Below, in pieces: positions 1-10,722 of a stretch of 64,000 bases of DNA (positions are counted from its first letter, which is position 1; each line of letters begins with the position of its first letter). This stretch comes from Verrucomicrobiota bacterium (GTDB lineage Bacteria; Verrucomicrobiota; Verrucomicrobiia; Limisphaerales; SXQI01). The notes under the pieces were generated by a model. The model did no database searches. It worked only from the letters and a program-made list of their open reading frames with translations, and was not told the DNA's origin. Made by a program: the position numbers and the translations under genes. The DNA lies in contig JANRLX010000027.1 of the NCBI GenBank assembly GCA_033762115.1, positions 1-64,000 on the forward strand, read 5' to 3'.

Positions 1-72
1 TCGGCCGTCAAACGCAGCATTGCCGATGGTAGTGGTTCTATAGGCTCCGCGAGAGTAGGTCGTCGCCAGATT
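1..72 (+). rRNA. rrf: 5S rRNA, 3' part (truncated by window start)
   Basis: tcggccgtcaaacgcagcattgccgatggtagtgg...gcgagagtaggtcgtcgccaga matches the conserved 5S 3' half (GCCGATGGTAGT...GCGAGAGTAGG..CGCCAG); 3' end approximate. Confidence 0.93.
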
Positions 73-87
73 ATTCTTCAAAACCCA

Positions 88-134
88 AAACCCCCTCCAA
101 AGGCCAAAAACCCATAAAGGGGGTTTCGGCTTTA
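88..134 (+). terminator. possible rRNA operon terminator
   Basis: aaaccccct (88-96) pairs with agggggttt (118-126), long loop, short T-rich tail, directly after 5S. Confidence 0.4.
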
Positions 135-258
135 TATAGGGGACAAATTAAGAACTTCCGAGAGGAGTCACTTCAGCAATTTGCCGGCAGATAGCTTCAA
201 TTTTCCACGCTTCTGGAAATTGATTTACAGGGAGCTTAAAAGCTGCGAAACCGGACAA

Positions 259-1989
259 ATGAAATCCCGTTTCGCTTTTTTGCTGGTATTTTGCTGTGTG
301 TTGTCGATTTCCGCCATTGATGATTACAAGCATGGTCCGGATTCCATGCCAAAGGAGGGAGTGCCGCAGGGAAAAGTGACGCAGTATCAATGGACGAGTA
401 AAATTTTCCCCGGAACAGTCCGTGATTATTGGGTTTATGTGCCGAGCCAGTACAAAGCCGAAACTCCTGCCTGTGTGATGGTTTTCCAGGATGGCGGTGG
501 TTACATCAATCCAAAGGGAGATTATCGCGTCCCAATTGTTTTTGATAATCTGATTCATCAAAAAGAGATGCCAGTGACCATTGGCATTTTTATCAATCCC
601 GGTGTTGTTCCCGCGCTGACGACAAATGCTTTGGCCCGGTATAATCGCAGTTACGAATATGATGGACTCGGCGATCAATATGTCCGGTTTCTTCTGGAGG
701 AGATTATCCCTGAGGTCAGCAAGCAGTACAATTTGGCTACAAATGCGGAGAGCAGGGCGATTGGAGGGGCAAGTTCCGGCGCGATCTGCGCCTTTACTGC
801 CGCGTGGGAACGTCCTGAAGCTTTCAGCAAAGTTTTCAGTACCATTGGCACTTATGTGGGGTTGCGGGGTGGGAATGATTATCCAACGTTGATCCGAAAA
901 AGTGAGCCTAAACCGATCCGTGTTTTCCTGCAGGATGGCGAAAATGATCTTAATATTTATGGGGGGAACTGGTTTATTGCCAACCTGGACATGCTCGCTG
1001 CGCTTCAGCTGGCGGGGTATGATGTGAAACATGTGTGGGGTGATGGAGCGCACAACGGAAAACATGGCGGGGCTATCTTTCCAGATGCCATGCGCTGGCT
1101 TTGGCGTGACCACGCCACTCCGATAAAAAAAGGGGAAGGCTCCAAATTGCCTGTGATGGATGTTTTGATTCCGGGCGAGGAGTGGCAGCAACTGAGCAGC
1201 GGGCATCGATTTACGGAAGGACCAGTTGCCAATGCCAGTGGAGAGATTTTTTTCACGGATATCCCCAACAATAAAATTCACAAAATTGCACTCGATGGAA
1301 CTGTGACGGTGTTTGCAGAAGATACTGGAGGGGCCAATGGACTGGGGTTTGACAAGGAGGGGAACTTATATGCCTGCCAAAATGGGAAGAAACGGATTGT
1401 GAAATATTCCACCGAAGGGAAAGAATCTGTTGTGGTGGAAGATACGGAGTCCAATGATATTGCGATTACTTTCAATGGGGATCTCTACTGGACTGACCCA
1501 GGCAACAAAAAAGTCTGGTTCAAACCTGTTGGAGGAGAGAAACGGGTGGTGGACAGTGGCATTAACTTTCCCAACGGGGTCAGACTCACACCGGACCAAT
1601 CCCTGTTGATTGTCTCCGATACACGTGGGCAAATGGTATGGTCCTTCCAAATACTGCCTGACGGTTCCCTGACTCATAAGCAACGGTATTTCCATTTGCA
1701 TATGCCCGACACAGCAACTGAAAGCGGGGCGGATGGAATGACCGTGGATACGATGGGGCGATTGTATGTCACGACCGCGGCGGGATTGCAGTTTTGTGAC
1801 CAGGCCGGGCGTGTGAATGGCATCATCAGCAAGCCGCAACGTTCGTGGCTGAGCAATGTTACTTTTGGAGGCGCGAATTTTAACGAATTGTACGTCACGT
1901 GCGGCGATAAAGTTTACAAGCGGAAGACCCGGGCCAAAGGGGTGCAATCTTATCGGGAACCGATCACTCCTCCACGACCACGCTTGTGA
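259..1989 (+). CDS. secreted fusion: Fes-like alpha/beta-hydrolase esterase + SMP-30/gluconolactonase beta-propeller
   Basis: Signal peptide from ATG 259; GASSGA nucleophile elbow; C-terminal half with TEGP, FPNG, ADGMTVD SMP-30 motifs. Confidence 0.85.
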   Translation: MKSRFAFLLVFCCVLSISAIDDYKHGPDSMPKEGVPQGKVTQYQWTSKIFPGTVRDYWVYVPSQYKAETPACVMVFQDGGGYINPKGDYRVPIVFDNLIHQKEMPVTIGIFINPGVVPALTTNALARYNRSYEYDGLGDQYVRFLLEEIIPEVSKQYNLATNAESRAIGGASSGAICAFTAAWERPEAFSKVFSTIGTYVGLRGGNDYPTLIRKSEPKPIRVFLQDGENDLNIYGGNWFIANLDMLAALQLAGYDVKHVWGDGAHNGKHGGAIFPDAMRWLWRDHATPIKKGEGSKLPVMDVLIPGEEWQQLSSGHRFTEGPVANASGEIFFTDIPNNKIHKIALDGTVTVFAEDTGGANGLGFDKEGNLYACQNGKKRIVKYSTEGKESVVVEDTESNDIAITFNGDLYWTDPGNKKVWFKPVGGEKRVVDSGINFPNGVRLTPDQSLLIVSDTRGQMVWSFQILPDGSLTHKQRYFHLHMPDTATESGADGMTVDTMGRLYVTTAAGLQFCDQAGRVNGIISKPQRSWLSNVTFGGANFNELYVTCGDKVYKRKTRAKGVQSYREPITPPRPRL

Positions 1990-2567
1990 GTAAAAGCTCT
2001 CAACGCTGTCCTTGGGCGGGGGATGACCCTCTTTATTGCGCCTACCATGATGAAGAATGGGGCGTGCCGCAGCATGAGGATCGAATGCTTTTTGAGCTGC
2101 TGATTCTGGAAGGCGCCCAGGCTGGTTTGAGTTGGATTACAGTATTGCGAAAGCGACAAAATTACAGGGAGGCCTTTGATCAGTTCGATGCGAAACGAAT
2201 CAGCCGATATGACGATAAAAAAGTGGCGGAGTTGATGGCAAATCCGGGGATTGTCAGAAACCGGCTGAAAATCGCCGCGACAATCCTTAATGCAAAAGCT
2301 TTTCTCCAGGTGCAAAAGGAGTTTGGGACCTTTGATCGGTATATCTGGCAGTTTGTGGATGGGAAACCGTTGCAGCATCACTTTCAATTCATGAAGGAGA
2401 TTCCTGCAAAGTCGAGTGAGTCTGACCGGATGAGCAAGGATTTGCTGAAGCGTGGGTTCAAATTTGTGGGTTCAACGATTTGCTATGCGTATATGCAGGC
2501 AGTTGGAATGGTGAATGACCACCTGTCCAGTTGTGAGCGATATAATGTGGTGAGAAAGCTGAGGTGA
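1986..2567 (+). CDS. tag: DNA-3-methyladenine glycosylase I
   Basis: RCPW..YHDEEWG, LEGAQAGLSW, RNRLKI, FKFVGSTICYAYMQAVG.VNDH. Confidence 0.95.
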   Translation: MSKSSQRCPWAGDDPLYCAYHDEEWGVPQHEDRMLFELLILEGAQAGLSWITVLRKRQNYREAFDQFDAKRISRYDDKKVAELMANPGIVRNRLKIAATILNAKAFLQVQKEFGTFDRYIWQFVDGKPLQHHFQFMKEIPAKSSESDRMSKDLLKRGFKFVGSTICYAYMQAVGMVNDHLSSCERYNVVRKLR

Positions 2568-2602
2568 GCTGCAAACCTTCCGATGGTGTGTTATAGTCTG
2601 GT

Positions 2603-3787
2603 GTGGGGCTGTATCGGAGCAGGGGGTACGACAGGAGGGATGACCGGGGGCCGCAAGGAAACTCCCGAGTTCCAACGTCTCCAAATGACATCAGTTTCTT
2701 CTCAAGGCGCGTTCTGCTGGTGCTGGGTTTAATCATCCTTCTTGGTCTTGGGATTTATCTATTGTTTGCTGCGGTCAATGTTTTCCTGATTTTTTTCACC
2801 GGGGTGTTGCTGGCGGTTTTCCTGCGCGGCTTAACAAATGGCTTGAAAGAGCGAACGGGATGGTCAGACAAACTTTCCTTGACATTGGTGACTTTATCGC
2901 TGGCCGGATTGCTGACCGGCCTCTTTTTTCTACTCGCGCCGGAAATTGGAAAACAAACGGACCAGCTTTCGGAGCAGCTTCCAAAAGCTGTTGAGCAATT
3001 GCAGGAAAAAATCCAATCGAATGAGTGGGGCCGCAGGGTCATTGGGCAGCAGCCTGCATTCACTGACTTGATGAAGCAAATTCCGAATGCCTTGTCGCGG
3101 GCTGGTCTGCTGCTTTCCTCGACTTTGGGGCTGCTTGTTAATCTGGTGGTGGTGGTGAGCGTGGGCATTTATCTGGCGAGCGCGCCGGATGTTTATGTTA
3201 ATGGTGTGGCCCAGCTTTTTCCAAAACCGCAGCGGAAAAGGTCACGGGAAGTGATGGCGGAACTGGGAATCACCCTTCAACGCTGGCTGAACGGGCGAAT
3301 GTTCCTGATGCTGACAAATGGGATTGTTACCTGGCTGGGTTTGTTGATGATGGGAGTTCCACTGGCATTAACGCTTGGGTTGATCGCTGGTCTTCTCAAT
3401 TTTATTCCAAATATCGGGCCGATCCTGGCGGCCATTCCTGCTGTGCTGGTCGCTTTGATGGAAGGGCCGGATAAAGTCATTCATGTCCTGGTTTTTTATG
3501 TTGTTTATCAAATGGTTGATGGTTATGTGCTCACGCCGCTGGTGGAAAAACGGACTGTTTCATTGCCGCCAGCTTTGACCATCACAGCCCAGGTGTTGAT
3601 GGGCGTTTTGCTGGGAACACTCGGTGTGTTGCTCGCAACTCCTATTGTCGCGGTCGGACTCGTTTTGACGAAAATGGTTTATATCCAGGACATTTTGGGA
3701 CAGGACACGGATCTGCCGGGGGAACGACATTCTCAAAAGAAAGCCGACCAGCTGCAGGGAAAACGGGAACCGAGAAGTTCCGTTTAA
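2603..3787 (+). CDS. AI-2E (PerM/UPF0118) family transporter
   Basis: Multi-TM; GLLNFIPNIGP, QMVDGYVLTPL, LATP motifs; start codon uncertain. Confidence 0.88.
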   Translation: MGLYRSRGYDRRDDRGPQGNSRVPTSPNDISFFSRRVLLVLGLIILLGLGIYLLFAAVNVFLIFFTGVLLAVFLRGLTNGLKERTGWSDKLSLTLVTLSLAGLLTGLFFLLAPEIGKQTDQLSEQLPKAVEQLQEKIQSNEWGRRVIGQQPAFTDLMKQIPNALSRAGLLLSSTLGLLVNLVVVVSVGIYLASAPDVYVNGVAQLFPKPQRKRSREVMAELGITLQRWLNGRMFLMLTNGIVTWLGLLMMGVPLALTLGLIAGLLNFIPNIGPILAAIPAVLVALMEGPDKVIHVLVFYVVYQMVDGYVLTPLVEKRTVSLPPALTITAQVLMGVLLGTLGVLLATPIVAVGLVLTKMVYIQDILGQDTDLPGERHSQKKADQLQGKREPRSSV

Positions 3788-3833
3788 ATCTTCTTGTCCT
3801 CCAGCTTTACATCTGAACGATTCATTTCAGAAA

Positions 3834-4709
3834 GTGCAAAACCGGCTACAGCGGAGTTTACGGACGACTTTCATTGGAATGGGCGTCAATGCTGTTCTTG
3901 CGGGGGTGAAAATTACCGCAGGAGTCGTTGGACATTCTCATGCGCTGGTGGCGGACGGGATCGAATCAGTTGCTGACCTGTTCAGTTCCTTTGTGGTATG
4001 GCGTGGCGTTGTGGTGGCTGCGGAACCTGCTGATGAGGATCATCCATACGGGCATGGAAAGGCGGAGCCTCTGGCCGCTGCATTTGTCTCAGTGCTTTTA
4101 CTGGTGGCGGCGGGATATATTGCCGTCCAGGCAGTCCGGGAAATCATTGTGCCGCACCAGACGCCAGCGGGCTTTACATTAATTGTGTTGCTCGCTGTGA
4201 TTGTTGCCAAGGAGTTGCTGTTCCGGTATGTGCGGGCGGAGGGTTATTCGTTGAGCAGCTCAGTGGTGGAAAGTGATGCGTGGCACCATCGGAGTGATGC
4301 GATCACATCAGTGGCAGCAGCCGTTGGCATCATCATCGCGCTGATCGGCGGTCCAGGTTACGAAGTTGCGGATGATTATGCGGCGCTGATTGCGTCAGCG
4401 ATCATTGCCTGGAACGGGTTGGGATTGTTGCGTCCTGCCCTTGATGAATTAATGGATCGTTCGCCCTCGACTAGTTTTTCCAAGCGGATCGAGGAACTGG
4501 CTCGAAGTGTCCAACGGGTGGAGGGAATTGAGAAATGCATGATCCGCAAAGTGGGGATTGCCTATTTCATCGATATGCATGTGGAGGTTTCGCCGGAGAT
4601 GAGTGTGCGGGAGGCGCATGCCATCGCCCATGAGATCAAGGATGTGATCCGGCGTGAATTGCCAATTGTGCAGGATGTCCTGGTGCATATCGAGCCAGCG
4701 GGTGAATAA
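3834..4709 (+). CDS. cation diffusion facilitator (FieF-like) transporter
   Basis: SHALVADGIES, DEDHPYGHGKAE, HHRSD, C-terminal HIEP. Confidence 0.92.
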   Translation: MQNRLQRSLRTTFIGMGVNAVLAGVKITAGVVGHSHALVADGIESVADLFSSFVVWRGVVVAAEPADEDHPYGHGKAEPLAAAFVSVLLLVAAGYIAVQAVREIIVPHQTPAGFTLIVLLAVIVAKELLFRYVRAEGYSLSSSVVESDAWHHRSDAITSVAAAVGIIIALIGGPGYEVADDYAALIASAIIAWNGLGLLRPALDELMDRSPSTSFSKRIEELARSVQRVEGIEKCMIRKVGIAYFIDMHVEVSPEMSVREAHAIAHEIKDVIRRELPIVQDVLVHIEPAGE

Positions 4710-4754
4710 TCTTCTTTTCTAATCACAACAATTTGCTTTAGTGCGGCCAGCTTT

Positions 4755-6005
4755 ATGAAAATTGTTTTAGCTTATTCCGGCGGTCTTGACACTTCGGTCC
4801 TTCTCTCATGGATCAAGGAAAAGTATGACGCGGAAATGATCGCCTTTTGCGCGAATATCGGACAGGAGGAAGAGCTTAAGGGGCTTGATAAAAAGGCGAT
4901 GCGGACCGGCGCTTCAAAACTTTACATCGACGACCTGCAGGAGGAGTTTGCGCGCGATTTCATTTACCCGATGATCCAGGCTGGTGCGGTTTACGAAGGC
5001 CAGTATTTCCTCGGGACCAGCATTGCCCGTCCGTTGATTGCCAAGCGAATGGTGGAAATCGCCCGGATCGAAGGAGCCACCCACATCGCGCATGGAGCCA
5101 CCGGCAAGGGAAATGACCAGGTCCGTTTTGAACTCACAGCCGCTGCGCTTGCGCCTGACCTGGAAATCATTGCGCCATGGCGTGATGAGGAATTTCGGGC
5201 GCAATTTCCCGGTCGCGCCGAAATGATCGCTTATTGCGAAGAGAAAAAAATCCCGGTGCAGGCCACCGCCAAAAAGCCGTATTCGATGGACCGCAACCTT
5301 CTGCATATTTCATTTGAAGCCGGCATCCTGGAAGATCCCTGGCTGGATGCTTCCGCGAAGGAGCATCGCGAAATGTACGTGCTCAGCGTGTCACCGGAGG
5401 AAGCTCCGGACAGGGCTGAGTGTGTGGAACTCGAGTTCGAGCAGGGAAACTGCATTGCGGTAAATGGCAAGGTGATGACTCCGCTGGAAGTCATGAAAAC
5501 CTTGAACAAGCTCGGCGGCGAGCATGGTGTCGGACGGGTTGACCTGGTGGAAAATCGCTATGTGGGAATGAAATCGCGCGGTGTTAATGAAACGCCGGGT
5601 GGCGCAATCTTGCATTTTGCGCACCGCCAGATCGAAACGTTGACAATGGATCGGGAAGTGATGCACCTCCGCGATTCGTTGATCCCAAAATATGGCGAAC
5701 TGGTCTATTACGGTTACTGGTTTGCCCCGGAACGTTATGCTTTGCAGGCGCTCGTCAGCGAAAGCCAGAAAAATGTGACAGGCACCGTCCGGGTGAAGCT
5801 TTACAAGGGCAATATCATCAATGCAGGACGCAAATCGCCGGTAAGTCTTTACAATCCCCACATCGCCACGATGGAAGCGGACCCCACCAAAGCATATAAC
5901 CAGAATGATGCGACCGGGTTTATTCGTTTGAATGGGCTGCGCCTGCGAGTGGCTTCCCAGGTGCACGGAAGCGGGATCAGGAAAAAGAGCGGCAAGAAAC
6001 GTTGA
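4755..6005 (+). CDS. argG: argininosuccinate synthase
   Basis: [35 protein letters not shown]. Confidence 0.97.
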   Translation: MKIVLAYSGGLDTSVLLSWIKEKYDAEMIAFCANIGQEEELKGLDKKAMRTGASKLYIDDLQEEFARDFIYPMIQAGAVYEGQYFLGTSIARPLIAKRMVEIARIEGATHIAHGATGKGNDQVRFELTAAALAPDLEIIAPWRDEEFRAQFPGRAEMIAYCEEKKIPVQATAKKPYSMDRNLLHISFEAGILEDPWLDASAKEHREMYVLSVSPEEAPDRAECVELEFEQGNCIAVNGKVMTPLEVMKTLNKLGGEHGVGRVDLVENRYVGMKSRGVNETPGGAILHFAHRQIETLTMDREVMHLRDSLIPKYGELVYYGYWFAPERYALQALVSESQKNVTGTVRVKLYKGNIINAGRKSPVSLYNPHIATMEADPTKAYNQNDATGFIRLNGLRLRVASQVHGSGIRKKSGKKR

Positions 6006-6195
6006 TTATCGCTCAGCATTCAGGAAGCCCGCTTGCTCAAAGGAGCGGGCTGATTGAACGCTCAGTTTACCGCGATTTGCCCAGGCGAGATGCTCATCAG
6101 GCAGGGGCGTTCCAAAACTTTCTTTCCCGAGTGTTTATTTTTTCCTACCCTCAACCCTTTTACAGAAACCTGTTCCTGGCAGGTTGATTACCTTT

Positions 6196-8889
6196 ATGAC
6201 CAGTTCTGAGATCCGACAGTCGTTCCTCGATTTTTTCAAATCGAAGCAGCACGCCATTGTGCCCTCTTCGAGCCTGATGCCCGACTCACCCAACCTGCTT
6301 TTTACGAATGCGGGCATGAACCAGTTTGTCCCGATTTTCCTGGGGCAGCAAAAGTCTCCCTACACTCCGGGACGCGCTGCCGATACCCAGAAATGCATTC
6401 GTGCGGGCGGCAAGCACAACGATCTTGAGGATGTAGGACTGGATACCTATCACCACACATTTTTCGAGATGCTCGGGAACTGGAGCTTTGGCGATTATTT
6501 CAAAAAAGAGGCCATTGAATGGGCATGGGAACTCGTCACGCAGGTGTGGAAATTCCCCAGGAACCGGATTTACGCGACGGTTTACAATCCCGATAAATCG
6601 AAGGGCGACCCGAGTGAGTTCGACCAGGAGGCGTATGATTTTTGGGCCGCAAAATTCGAGGCCGCCGGGCTTGATCCCAAAGTCCATATCGTTTACGGGA
6701 ACAAAAAAGATAATTTCTGGATGATGGGTGAGACCGGCCCGTGCGGACCCTGCTCCGAACTTCATGTCGATCTCACTCCGGCAGGGGACACCAAAGGTTC
6801 GTTGGTCAATCAGGGCAGTCCCAAGTGCATTGAAATCTGGAACCTTGTTTTCATCCAGTTCAACGCAAACCCGGATGGCAGTTTTTCACCGCTTCCAGCC
6901 CAGCATGTCGATACCGGAATGGGTTTTGAGCGTGTGACCTCGATCATTCAGGGGACAAAAGGATTTTCGGATTTCAACAGCGGGATCTCGAATTACGAGA
7001 CAGATATTTTCCGCCCCATTTTTGACCGTCTCGAAAAATTGAGCGGCAAGCGCTACACCTCCACTCTCCCGAAAGCAGGCAGCACGGGCGACACTGAGCA
7101 GGAGAAAATCGATGTCGCATTTCGCGTCATTGCCGACCATATCCGGACGTTGAGCTTCGCGATTGCAGATGGGATTTTGCCCGGCAACACAGACCGTAAT
7201 TACGTTCTTCGCCGCATTCTCCGTCGCGCTGTGCGTTATGGCCGCACCCTCGGTTTTCACCAACCGTTCTTCTATCAACTCGTCGAAGTGCTCGCCCAGA
7301 CAATGGGCGATGTCTTTCCTGAAATTCGGGCGAGACAGGAAACGGTGCAAAGCGTCATCCGCACTGAAGAGGAGTCGTTCAACAGGACTCTAGATCGCGG
7401 GATCGAATTGTTCAGGGAGGCTGCGGGATCATTGGATGGGAGGAAGGCGCTTCCGGGCGATTTCGCATTCAAGCTTTATGATACTTATGGTTTCCCGCTG
7501 GATTTAACGGAATTGATGGCCAGGGAAGCCGGTCTTTCAGTGGACACGGCAGGGTTCGAGAAGCTGATGGAGGAGCAACGCGCCCGAGCCCGTGCTTCGC
7601 AGAAAAAAGAAGTAATCAGCCTAAGCAACCTCGATACTGCCGCTCCGACCCGGTTTGTGGGTTTTGATCAACTGGAAGCAAAATCCAGGGTGCAGGATGT
7701 GGTTTCGATCAAGGAGCGAACAGCGGTTCTTCTGGATGTCTCCCCATTTTATGCGGAGATGGGTGGTCAGGTGGGTGACACCGGGGTGATTGCAGCAGGG
7801 GCGAATCTTTGGCGCATTACCAACACGCAAAAAAGCGGAAACACCTTCCTTCATTTTATTGATGGGCAGGACGCTCCTCAAACCGGCACTGAGGTGGAGT
7901 TGAAGGTCGATGTCGGCCGCCGCGCCGCGATCCAGCGGCACCATACCGTGACCCACCTGCTTCACTGGGCCTTGCATGAGGTTGTGAGCAGGGAAGCGAC
8001 TCAAAAGGGATCGGCAGTCACGCCGGAGAAGTTGACCTTTGATTTTAACAGCCAGACGCTAACCGCCCAGCAATTGAACGATATTGAACGGCTGGTCAAT
8101 GAACGCATTCTTGAAAATGCCCCCGTTTCATGGAAGGAAGTGCCTTATGCCGAGGTGAAAGGTCGCCAGGAGATCATGCAGTTTTTCGGTGACAAGTATG
8201 GGGACACCGTGCGAGTGGTGCAGATCGGCGGGCAGGCCGGGGAGTTGAACGGATATTCCATGGAATTGTGTGGCGGCACCCATGCTCGCGGCACGGGGGA
8301 GATTGGTTTGTTCCGCATTGTGGGAGAGAGCGCAATTGCCGCCGGTGTCCGACGCATTGAGGCGGTCAGTGGGCTGCTTTCGCTCGACAAATCGCGAGGA
8401 GAGCTTGCCACGCTCCAATCACTCGCAGGCAAATTGAATGCTCCGCTTTCAGAGCTCGAACGAAAACTGGACGCGCTGCTGGCCCATCAAAAAGAATTGG
8501 AGAAACAGCTAAAAGCGCTTCAGCAAAAGCAGGCTGCCGAACTGGCCGGGCAGTTGATCCGGGACGCGGAAACCGTCAATGGCGTTCCGGTCATTGCGAA
8601 AAACCTTGGGGATGCGGATGGCGATTACCTCCAGGCCATTGCTGAATCGCTTCGTTCACGATTCAAGGGAGTCGCGGTTCTGGCCGGGACAAGTGAAGGC
8701 TCTGTTTCACTGGTGGCTGCGGTTTCGCCAGACCTGGTGAAACGGTTTCAAGCGGGAAAAATTATTCAAACGATTGCCCCGCTCGTTGGAGGAAAAGGTG
8801 GCGGACGGCCCGAACAGGCCCGGGGTGGCGGCAAGGATCCCTCAAAAATCGAGCAGGCCCTTGCGCAGGCCCGTGATCTGTTAAAGTAA
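6196..8889 (+). CDS. alaS: alanine--tRNA ligase
   Basis: [57 protein letters not shown]. Confidence 0.98.
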   Translation: MTSSEIRQSFLDFFKSKQHAIVPSSSLMPDSPNLLFTNAGMNQFVPIFLGQQKSPYTPGRAADTQKCIRAGGKHNDLEDVGLDTYHHTFFEMLGNWSFGDYFKKEAIEWAWELVTQVWKFPRNRIYATVYNPDKSKGDPSEFDQEAYDFWAAKFEAAGLDPKVHIVYGNKKDNFWMMGETGPCGPCSELHVDLTPAGDTKGSLVNQGSPKCIEIWNLVFIQFNANPDGSFSPLPAQHVDTGMGFERVTSIIQGTKGFSDFNSGISNYETDIFRPIFDRLEKLSGKRYTSTLPKAGSTGDTEQEKIDVAFRVIADHIRTLSFAIADGILPGNTDRNYVLRRILRRAVRYGRTLGFHQPFFYQLVEVLAQTMGDVFPEIRARQETVQSVIRTEEESFNRTLDRGIELFREAAGSLDGRKALPGDFAFKLYDTYGFPLDLTELMAREAGLSVDTAGFEKLMEEQRARARASQKKEVISLSNLDTAAPTRFVGFDQLEAKSRVQDVVSIKERTAVLLDVSPFYAEMGGQVGDTGVIAAGANLWRITNTQKSGNTFLHFIDGQDAPQTGTEVELKVDVGRRAAIQRHHTVTHLLHWALHEVVSREATQKGSAVTPEKLTFDFNSQTLTAQQLNDIERLVNERILENAPVSWKEVPYAEVKGRQEIMQFFGDKYGDTVRVVQIGGQAGELNGYSMELCGGTHARGTGEIGLFRIVGESAIAAGVRRIEAVSGLLSLDKSRGELATLQSLAGKLNAPLSELERKLDALLAHQKELEKQLKALQQKQAAELAGQLIRDAETVNGVPVIAKNLGDADGDYLQAIAESLRSRFKGVAVLAGTSEGSVSLVAAVSPDLVKRFQAGKIIQTIAPLVGGKGGGRPEQARGGGKDPSKIEQALAQARDLLK

Positions 8890-8894
8890 ATCCT

Positions 8895-10094
8895 GTGAAG
8901 AACACCTTCGACAGCATCGACTCTGTCATTACGGACATTAAAAAGGGGCGAATGGTCGTCATTGTGGATGACGCCGACCGGGAGAATGAAGGGGACCTGA
9001 TCATGGCTGCCGAATGCGCCACGCCTGAAGGGATCAATTTCATGGCGAAGTATGGGCGCGGGCTGATCTGCGTCCCGACCACTTCGGAGCGACTAAAACA
9101 ATTGGGAATCGAACGGATGGTCACCCAGAACCGGGAGACTTTTAAAACCGATTTCCAGGTCAGTGTGGATGCGGCCTCGGGGATCACCACCGGGATCAGC
9201 GCTGCTGATCGCGCCCGCACGATCCGTGTCATGACCGATCCGACTGCTGTGCCGGATGATCTGGTCCAGCCTGGCCATGTGTTTCCATTGCGGGCTCGGC
9301 CCGGAGGAGTCCTGCAACGGGCGGGCCATACCGAAGCTGCTGTGGACCTGGTCACGCTTGCGGGATGCCGCCCTGCGGCGGTGATTTGCGAAATCATGAG
9401 CGACGATGGCTCAATGGCGCGGCTTCCGGAACTGCTGAAGTTCGCGAAAAAGCACAAGCTCAAGATCGCGAGCATTGAGGAATTGATCAAATTCAGGCGG
9501 CATCGCGAAAAGCATGTCGAGCGGGTGGAAGTGATAAAACTTCCCACTGAGTATGGTGATTTTGATCTTTATCTTTACCGCTCAAAACTCGATGAGCAGC
9601 ATCACCTGGCGCTTGTCAAAGGGGAGCTTTCCCCCCGTGACAAGGTTTTGGTGCGCGTTCACAGCGAATGCCTGACCGGAGATGTTTTCGGGTCCCGCCG
9701 TTGTGATTGCGGACCGCAGCTTCATCAGGCAATGCGCCAGGTTTCCGAGGAAGGAAAAGGGGTAATCCTCTATATGCGCCAGGAGGGGCGCGGCATCGGC
9801 CTGGCCCCCAAGATTCTTGCCTACAAATTGCAGGAACGCGGTCTGGATACGGTGCAGGCCAACCTGAAGCTCGGTTTTGGAATGGACCTGAGGGAGTATG
9901 GAATCGGCGCCCAAATCCTGGCGGATTTGGGATTGAAACGGATTCGGCTCCTGACGAACAATCCGCGGAAAATCGTGGGACTGGAAGGTTATGGATTGGA
10001 AATCGTGGAGCAGGTCCCGATCAGAATCAGAGCCAACCGCCACAATGAAAAATATCTCAAGACCAAGCGGGAAAAGCTTGGGCACCTGATTTGA
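8895..10094 (+). CDS. ribBA: bifunctional DHBP synthase / GTP cyclohydrolase II
   Basis: [45 protein letters not shown]. Confidence 0.97.
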   Translation: MKNTFDSIDSVITDIKKGRMVVIVDDADRENEGDLIMAAECATPEGINFMAKYGRGLICVPTTSERLKQLGIERMVTQNRETFKTDFQVSVDAASGITTGISAADRARTIRVMTDPTAVPDDLVQPGHVFPLRARPGGVLQRAGHTEAAVDLVTLAGCRPAAVICEIMSDDGSMARLPELLKFAKKHKLKIASIEELIKFRRHREKHVERVEVIKLPTEYGDFDLYLYRSKLDEQHHLALVKGELSPRDKVLVRVHSECLTGDVFGSRRCDCGPQLHQAMRQVSEEGKGVILYMRQEGRGIGLAPKILAYKLQERGLDTVQANLKLGFGMDLREYGIGAQILADLGLKRIRLLTNNPRKIVGLEGYGLEIVEQVPIRIRANRHNEKYLKTKREKLGHLI

Positions 10095-10113
10095 TTCGCG
10101 CCGGGTCACCTCC

Positions 10114-10584
10114 ATGCTGCAAAAGGTAAAAAAACATTCAGGTAAAAGCGGGGGACGCTTCGCCATTGTCGCGGCCCGTTACAATTCCCGCTTTACGGAT
10201 GCATTGGTGAAAAATGCGTCCAAAGTGTTGAAAACCGCCGGTGCTTCGGTGGAGGTTTTCCGGGTGCCGGGGTCGTTTGAAATTCCCGCGGTCGCAGCGC
10301 GTCTTGCGGAAAGCACTCCTCCCTTTGACGCCATTGTCTGTTTTGGGGCGATCCTGCGCGGTGCCACCACTCATGCTGATCATATCGCCATCTCAGTCAG
10401 CCATGCCCTGGCGCAATTGCAATTGAACTCGAAACTCCCGATCATTCATGGGGTCCTGCTGTTTGAAAGTGAGGAGCAGGCTGTAATTCGCTGTTTAGGT
10501 AAGGAACATAATCGTGGGATCGAAGCTGCCGGGGCGGCTTTGGAAATGGCGGCGTTAATGGCGCAACTAAAAAAAGCGCACTGA
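10114..10584 (+). CDS. ribH: 6,7-dimethyl-8-ribityllumazine synthase
   Basis: AIVAARYN, VPGSFEIP, LRGATTH; follows ribBA. Confidence 0.92.
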   Translation: MLQKVKKHSGKSGGRFAIVAARYNSRFTDALVKNASKVLKTAGASVEVFRVPGSFEIPAVAARLAESTPPFDAIVCFGAILRGATTHADHIAISVSHALAQLQLNSKLPIIHGVLLFESEEQAVIRCLGKEHNRGIEAAGAALEMAALMAQLKKAH

Positions 10585-10613
10585 AACATTCACTTCGATG
10601 TGAGGAAGATAAA

Positions 10614-10669
10614 TTGGCCGAAATTTCGGCCAAGTCTGATTGACTCCCACCAGCGCAGGCAGTTACGCT
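10614..10669 (+). promoter_or_regulatory. 20-bp palindrome followed by sigma70-like promoter for the export operon
   Basis: ttggccgaaatttcggccaa (10614-10633); TTGACT (10640-45) -18- TACGCT (10664-69). Confidence 0.45.
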
Positions 10670-10722
10670 TGATGGAATGCTGACCTTGGTTTTCGACGGT
10701 CTGCTTTTATGTTGAGTTAGCA

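Noticed and set aside
148..1281. 377-aa minus-strand ORF
   Set aside because: Antisense shadow of the esterase-lactonase gene; no recognisable motifs
6060..6110. CTGATGAG on the minus strand suggesting a hammerhead; GGAGCG..CCAGGC suggesting an SAH riboswitch
   Set aside because: No GAAA after a stem II, and SAH pairing elements are absent
8762..9547. 261-aa minus-strand ORF
   Set aside because: Antisense shadow of ribBA
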